From a virus: a stretch of 64,000 bases of DNA. A program made the translations under genes and the position numbers. Of the stretch, positions 59,985 to 64,000 are shown in pieces (positions within the stretch are counted from its first letter, which is position 1; each line of letters starts with the position of its first letter). The stretch spans positions 17,308 to 81,307 of IMG/VR virus record IMGVR_UViG_3300030450_002944. One strand, written 5' to 3'. The notes under the pieces are model-generated. The model saw only the letters and a program-made list of their open reading frames with translations. It made no database searches and was not told the origin of the DNA.

Positions 59985-60837
59985 AACACTTAATAGATTA
60001 TTAAAGTTATTGAAAGAAGGTGGAGCCGCTACGTCAGGTAGTTTTGGAGATGGTGGTGGAACTGTATTTACATCTACAGATTCTGGAATTTTCAATCCAA
60101 CTCATGGTGGAGGGGGTTATAAAAGAAAAGAGCCTCATATAAAGAAGCCTAAAAAGAAAAAGAGTGGGATTGAGAGATTAGATGCCTTCCTTAGAGAATA
60201 TAGTCCTGTACCAAAATCCATGGAAAAATCTTACAATGCTTCAGAAGAACTAATTGAATTAATTAATTGGGTAAGGAAAGCAGAATATCCTACAAGAGGT
60301 TATGGAGGCAACTTAGGTAGAAAACAATTAGACTGGAAGAAACCTAATAGTAATGAAGAACCTCCTAAAGCCTCTGAATTTAAAGGAGAGATTAATCATG
60401 AAGAAGATGAATCGGCAGTGATTGAGCAAAAAGATATGGAACAAAAAATTAGAAATCTAGATGATAATTCTAGAAAAGAAGGACGAGATCATTCAACCGA
60501 AGATGAAACTATGTCTGCAGATACACCTGAATTAGTTACTCAAAAAGGTTTATCTCCATCAGCTGATAGTTCTAACCCTTATAAAAGAGGGGGTAGAATG
60601 GATAACCTTGATGACAATCCTGAAATAAACAAAGACGAGCTAGATAAATTTATAGATAAATATCTAACTATAGATAAAGAAGTGGGTGGTGCAGTTACTC
60701 AAACTACCTTTCAAGAAAGAGAAGTACTTGATGAGGATGAAGATGTAAAAGACGAAGACATGATTGAAGAAGAAAACCATGTAAAAGAAGTAGTGCATCC
60801 TAAAGGACAAAAAGGAACTTACTCTACAGACGACTAA
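59971..60837 (+). CDS. Low-complexity probable head-associated protein
   Basis: GGAGG RBS before ATG at 59971 (track start 59929); hydrophobic-x-K motifs. Confidence 0.6.
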   Translation: MKKNKTLNRLLKLLKEGGAATSGSFGDGGGTVFTSTDSGIFNPTHGGGGYKRKEPHIKKPKKKKSGIERLDAFLREYSPVPKSMEKSYNASEELIELINWVRKAEYPTRGYGGNLGRKQLDWKKPNSNEEPPKASEFKGEINHEEDESAVIEQKDMEQKIRNLDDNSRKEGRDHSTEDETMSADTPELVTQKGLSPSADSSNPYKRGGRMDNLDDNPEINKDELDKFIDKYLTIDKEVGGAVTQTTFQEREVLDEDEDVKDEDMIEEENHVKEVVHPKGQKGTYSTDD

Positions 60838-60911
60838 AAAGAATTAGTGGGAAATATATCCCCTAATACAGTATAATAGTATAGAACCATTAATTAGAAA
60901 AGGGGGACGAA

Positions 60912-62060
60912 ATGTCAAAGTTTTTCCAATTTATTTTATTATTAGCAATGTTTCCACTCTTATTGCTAGGGTGTGAAAGTATAGAAGAACCAAAGGACAC
61001 GAAGATCGGAATGATATTAGTCGGTCCTAAAAACGATAAGGGTTGGTCTCAAGCTCATTACGAAGGTGGTGAGTATGTAGTTTCTCAACTAGGTGGAGAA
61101 ATGATAACAGTTGATCTTGTAAACCCCGCAGATTCCCCAGACTTAACTATCCCTTCAATTGCCGAAGATATGATCTCTCAAGGAGCATCTATAATTTTTG
61201 CTACTTCAGATGATATGAAAGATGGTATATTAGAAGCTGCAGAGAAATATCCAGACACCGATTTCGTCTGGTCTACAGGAGATAGTGCATTAGTAGTCGG
61301 ACAAGGCTATAAACCTGAATTAAAAAACCTATCTAATGTAATGGGTAAGATGGAATATGGTCAAATGATTGCAGGTTGTGCAGCAGCTATTAAATCTAAA
61401 GAAGGAAAGATTGGTTTTCTTGGTCCATTAGTTAATGATGAGACAAGAAGATTAGCAAATGCTACCTACCTTGGAGCTTTACATTGTGCTGGAGATAAAG
61501 AAATTGATTTCGATGTAACTTGGATTGGATTCTGGTTTCATATTCCGGGCATGACTTTAGATCCAACACAAGTAGTTAATGAATTTTATGACTCTGGTAG
61601 GGATGTTGTAATCTCTCATATAGATACTACTGAAGCCGTAGTTGTTGCAGGACAAAGAGCCGCTGGAGGAGAGGATATATGGGTAGTACCTTACGATTAT
61701 AAAGGAGCTTGTGAACAATCCCCAGAAATTTGTCTAGGAGTAAATTACTTTAATTGGGGCTATGACTATTTAGAACTGGTTGAACTAAGTAACTCAGGTA
61801 AATTTGAAAACAATTGGATTTGGACTGATCCTAACTGGGCTAATTTAGAAGAATCTATTGTAGGTTTTAAATATGGAGATGGTTTAGATCCAAAGGAAAA
61901 AGCTAAAGTAAGTAGCTTTATAACTGAATTAAAAGACGGGCTCAATCTATTTAAAGGACCATTATATTTTGAAGATGACTCAGTATACCTAGAAGAAGGT
62001 AAGGAAGCATCTGATATAGATATATGGTACACCCCAAAACTACTAAAAGGCATCAAATAG
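60912..62060 (+). CDS. BMP-family ABC transporter substrate-binding lipoprotein
   Basis: Signal peptide with LLGC lipobox; GPKNDKGWSQAHYEG, GKIGFLG, WIGFWF. Confidence 0.85.
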   Translation: MSKFFQFILLLAMFPLLLLGCESIEEPKDTKIGMILVGPKNDKGWSQAHYEGGEYVVSQLGGEMITVDLVNPADSPDLTIPSIAEDMISQGASIIFATSDDMKDGILEAAEKYPDTDFVWSTGDSALVVGQGYKPELKNLSNVMGKMEYGQMIAGCAAAIKSKEGKIGFLGPLVNDETRRLANATYLGALHCAGDKEIDFDVTWIGFWFHIPGMTLDPTQVVNEFYDSGRDVVISHIDTTEAVVVAGQRAAGGEDIWVVPYDYKGACEQSPEICLGVNYFNWGYDYLELVELSNSGKFENNWIWTDPNWANLEESIVGFKYGDGLDPKEKAKVSSFITELKDGLNLFKGPLYFEDDSVYLEEGKEASDIDIWYTPKLLKGIK

Positions 62061-62082
62061 ACTTGACACAGCTAGGTCAAAT

Positions 62083-62397
62083 ATGATAAAATATAATAAG
62101 AGCACTGGAAATATATGCGATAAATGTGGTGGTTTTATGAGATTAGATGAGGATGATGATTTAAAATGCATGCAGTGTGGAAGAGCAATAATATTAAAGT
62201 TAGCAAGGAGCAAACATGTGGAACAAAGGCGAGACAAAGATACCAGCCAAGGCACAAACAGAACTAATAAGAAGAAGACAAGCGGGAGCAACGTGGACAG
62301 GTCTATCGGAATGGCTGAAGTCAGTATTCGGGATAGAAATACATCGAACCAATATTCAAAGATGGTACGACAAGGAGGTCTATTTAGGCGAAGATGA
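62083..62397 (+). CDS. Possible Zn-ribbon protein
   Basis: CDKCGG...CMQCGR; overlaps the next gene and a promoter, so its extent is uncertain. Confidence 0.4.
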   Translation: MIKYNKSTGNICDKCGGFMRLDEDDDLKCMQCGRAIILKLARSKHVEQRRDKDTSQGTNRTNKKKTSGSNVDRSIGMAEVSIRDRNTSNQYSKMVRQGGLFRRR

Positions 62398-63574
62398 AGC
62401 TATAATAGATCCTGAATTAGATCCAACTCATCATATTAAGATGGGAAAGAAAGCTGAAACTTATAAAGCGGAAGCTAAATATTTCAAAAAACTTTATGAA
62501 ACTACAATCAAAGATCAAGCTAAACAAGAAATCTTTGAAGAGTCAATTATTAAATTAGCACCTGCATTCGATAAAGCTAAAAAAGTTAAAGTCCGAAAGC
62601 CTTCAGGAAAGATAAAGGGTAGCAGTGCTCAAAGTATGATTGCTCCGCTTACTGATACCCACGTTGGAGATAGAGTAGAAAGTGATCAGATGGCAGGTTT
62701 GAATCATTACAATATTGACATATTCAACCGAAGGCTTTATGGATGGGCAAATCAAGTATTAACACTAGCAGAACTTAGAAGAAACTCTGTAGAAATAGAT
62801 GAACTTGTAGTTCCTATGTTAGGCGATATGATTAGTGGAGACATACATGAAGAGTTAGCAAGAACGAATGTGGACAACTGTATGGGACAAATGATACGAG
62901 GAGCTAACTTAATTGCTCAAGCATTAATATTTCTAGCCCCACACTTTAATAAAGTTAGAGTAGCTTGTGTAGTAGGTAATCATGGTAGAATGACTAGGAA
63001 ACCACCTATGAAAGATAAGCATCAAGATTGGGATTATATGTTGTATCAATGGATTTCCGCATTTTGCAAGAATCAAACTAACATTGAATTCCATATTCCA
63101 AAAACATTTTCTACTACAATTGAAGTAGCTAATAGACAAATACTTTTGACACATGGAGACTTCATTAATGGAGCTGGTAGTGGTACTGCAATCACTAAGG
63201 GTGTGTTAAATATGAGAAATGTACTTCAATTCAGAAGAGGCTTAGAAGATGAAATCCGAAATCTTGAAGTTAAAGATTTAGAAGAAGCAGGAATGTCTAC
63301 ATACTTCGATTCTGTTTTGATGGGACACTTCCACAGAATAGATGAGATTGATATTGGAACAGGTAACATACATATCTGTGGTTGTATGAAGGGTGGAGAC
63401 GAATTTGCAATGCAGAGAGTTCAGGCAATTAATAAGCCAAGACAGCTAGTATTGTACTACCATCCAAAATATGGGGAAATAGGTAAAGAAATCATCTATT
63501 TAAACCGATATGATGCCACTGAAAGTCAATTTAATGACATTTTACCGGAAGTTTGGAGCCAAAATCTAGTATAA
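62216..63574 (+). CDS. HTH + calcineurin-like metallophosphoesterase
   Basis: DTHVG, LGDMISG, GNHGR, THGD, MGHFH. Confidence 0.85.
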   Translation: MWNKGETKIPAKAQTELIRRRQAGATWTGLSEWLKSVFGIEIHRTNIQRWYDKEVYLGEDEAIIDPELDPTHHIKMGKKAETYKAEAKYFKKLYETTIKDQAKQEIFEESIIKLAPAFDKAKKVKVRKPSGKIKGSSAQSMIAPLTDTHVGDRVESDQMAGLNHYNIDIFNRRLYGWANQVLTLAELRRNSVEIDELVVPMLGDMISGDIHEELARTNVDNCMGQMIRGANLIAQALIFLAPHFNKVRVACVVGNHGRMTRKPPMKDKHQDWDYMLYQWISAFCKNQTNIEFHIPKTFSTTIEVANRQILLTHGDFINGAGSGTAITKGVLNMRNVLQFRRGLEDEIRNLEVKDLEEAGMSTYFDSVLMGHFHRIDEIDIGTGNIHICGCMKGGDEFAMQRVQAINKPRQLVLYYHPKYGEIGKEIIYLNRYDATESQFNDILPEVWSQNLV

Positions 63575-63732
63575 TAGTATAGATATTATAATAGGACAAT
63601 TAGTATCTACATTTTTATGGGGAGATAAATGAAGATATGTCAACTAAAGATTTAATAAAAATAGCCTTCTTTATTGCAGGGTGTTTTGTTATGATGCTAA
63701 TTGTCGGCGAATATACTAGCTAGAGGAGCCAA

Positions 63733-64000
63733 ATGAAAATAAAATTACCTAACTTCAAAAAAGTTGGAAACTTAGCATTAGGGATGTTTACATTCTTTAC
63801 AATAATTGCAGGAACACTAGGTTTCGCAATTACTGCTATTAATCCAGTTAATCTATGGTGGAAAGTTGCCCCGATAGAAACCCCATTCGGTATAATTACA
63901 TACTCAATGGTAATGTCATATCTTGACTTTCTACAACAATACTACTATTATTCATTAGGCACATCTGCATTTACTATTTTACTAGGACTTGCAGTACACC
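63733..64000 (+). CDS. Partial membrane protein (3' truncated)
   Basis: GAGGAG RBS; hydrophobic segments; open to the window end. Confidence 0.6.
   Translation, partial: MKIKLPNFKKVGNLALGMFTFFTIIAGTLGFAITAINPVNLWWKVAPIETPFGIITYSMVMSYLDFLQQYYYYSLGTSAFTILLGLAVH

Noticed and set aside
13222-63154. Numerous minus-strand and alternate-frame ORFs inside large plus-strand genes
   Set aside because: They are shadow ORFs without RBS, fully overlapping well-supported genes.
1-64000. Stop-codon reassignment or tRNA genes
   Set aside because: Core genes are intact in the standard code with TAA, TAG and TGA all used as stops. No cloverleaf was recognised by eye; tRNAscan-SE would settle this.

Overview
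A 64 kb segment of a large, AT-rich, tailed dsDNA bacteriophage genome read in the standard code. No integrase, tRNA or CRISPR array was seen. (1) 1-11.8 kb is an accessory/early region of small, mostly acidic ORFs and several structured non-coding RNA candidates. Each sits behind a near-consensus sigma70 promoter, mostly TTGACW-N18-TATAAT with an extended TG. From 4.3 to 10.1 kb this region is a cassette-like array punctuated by 12 copies of an 18-bp box, GGAGTTAT(A/G)(T/G)GATATATC. Ten copies are helically phased with a -35 element, and the array ends at a divergently transcribed HTH gene. (2) 11.8-38 kb holds a nuclease, large low-complexity head-associated proteins (one with a PAP2 domain), capsid/neck fibres, adaptor, tail tube, a frameshifted tail chaperone, two paralogous short tape-measure-like genes and a tail tip with an S74 chaperone. 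(3) 38-50 kb holds Hsp20, a phage sigma factor, DnaB, primase, SSB, PolA, ribosomal protein bS21, RecA and nucleases. (4) 50-64 kb holds terminase, class II RNR, portal, a portal-adjacent polyprotein fusing a loop-less CCA-type nucleotidyltransferase to topoisomerase IB, a BMP-family lipoprotein and a metallophosphoesterase. The major capsid and prohead protease genes were not recognised and probably lie outside the window. All assignments come from reading motifs by eye; no database searches were run.
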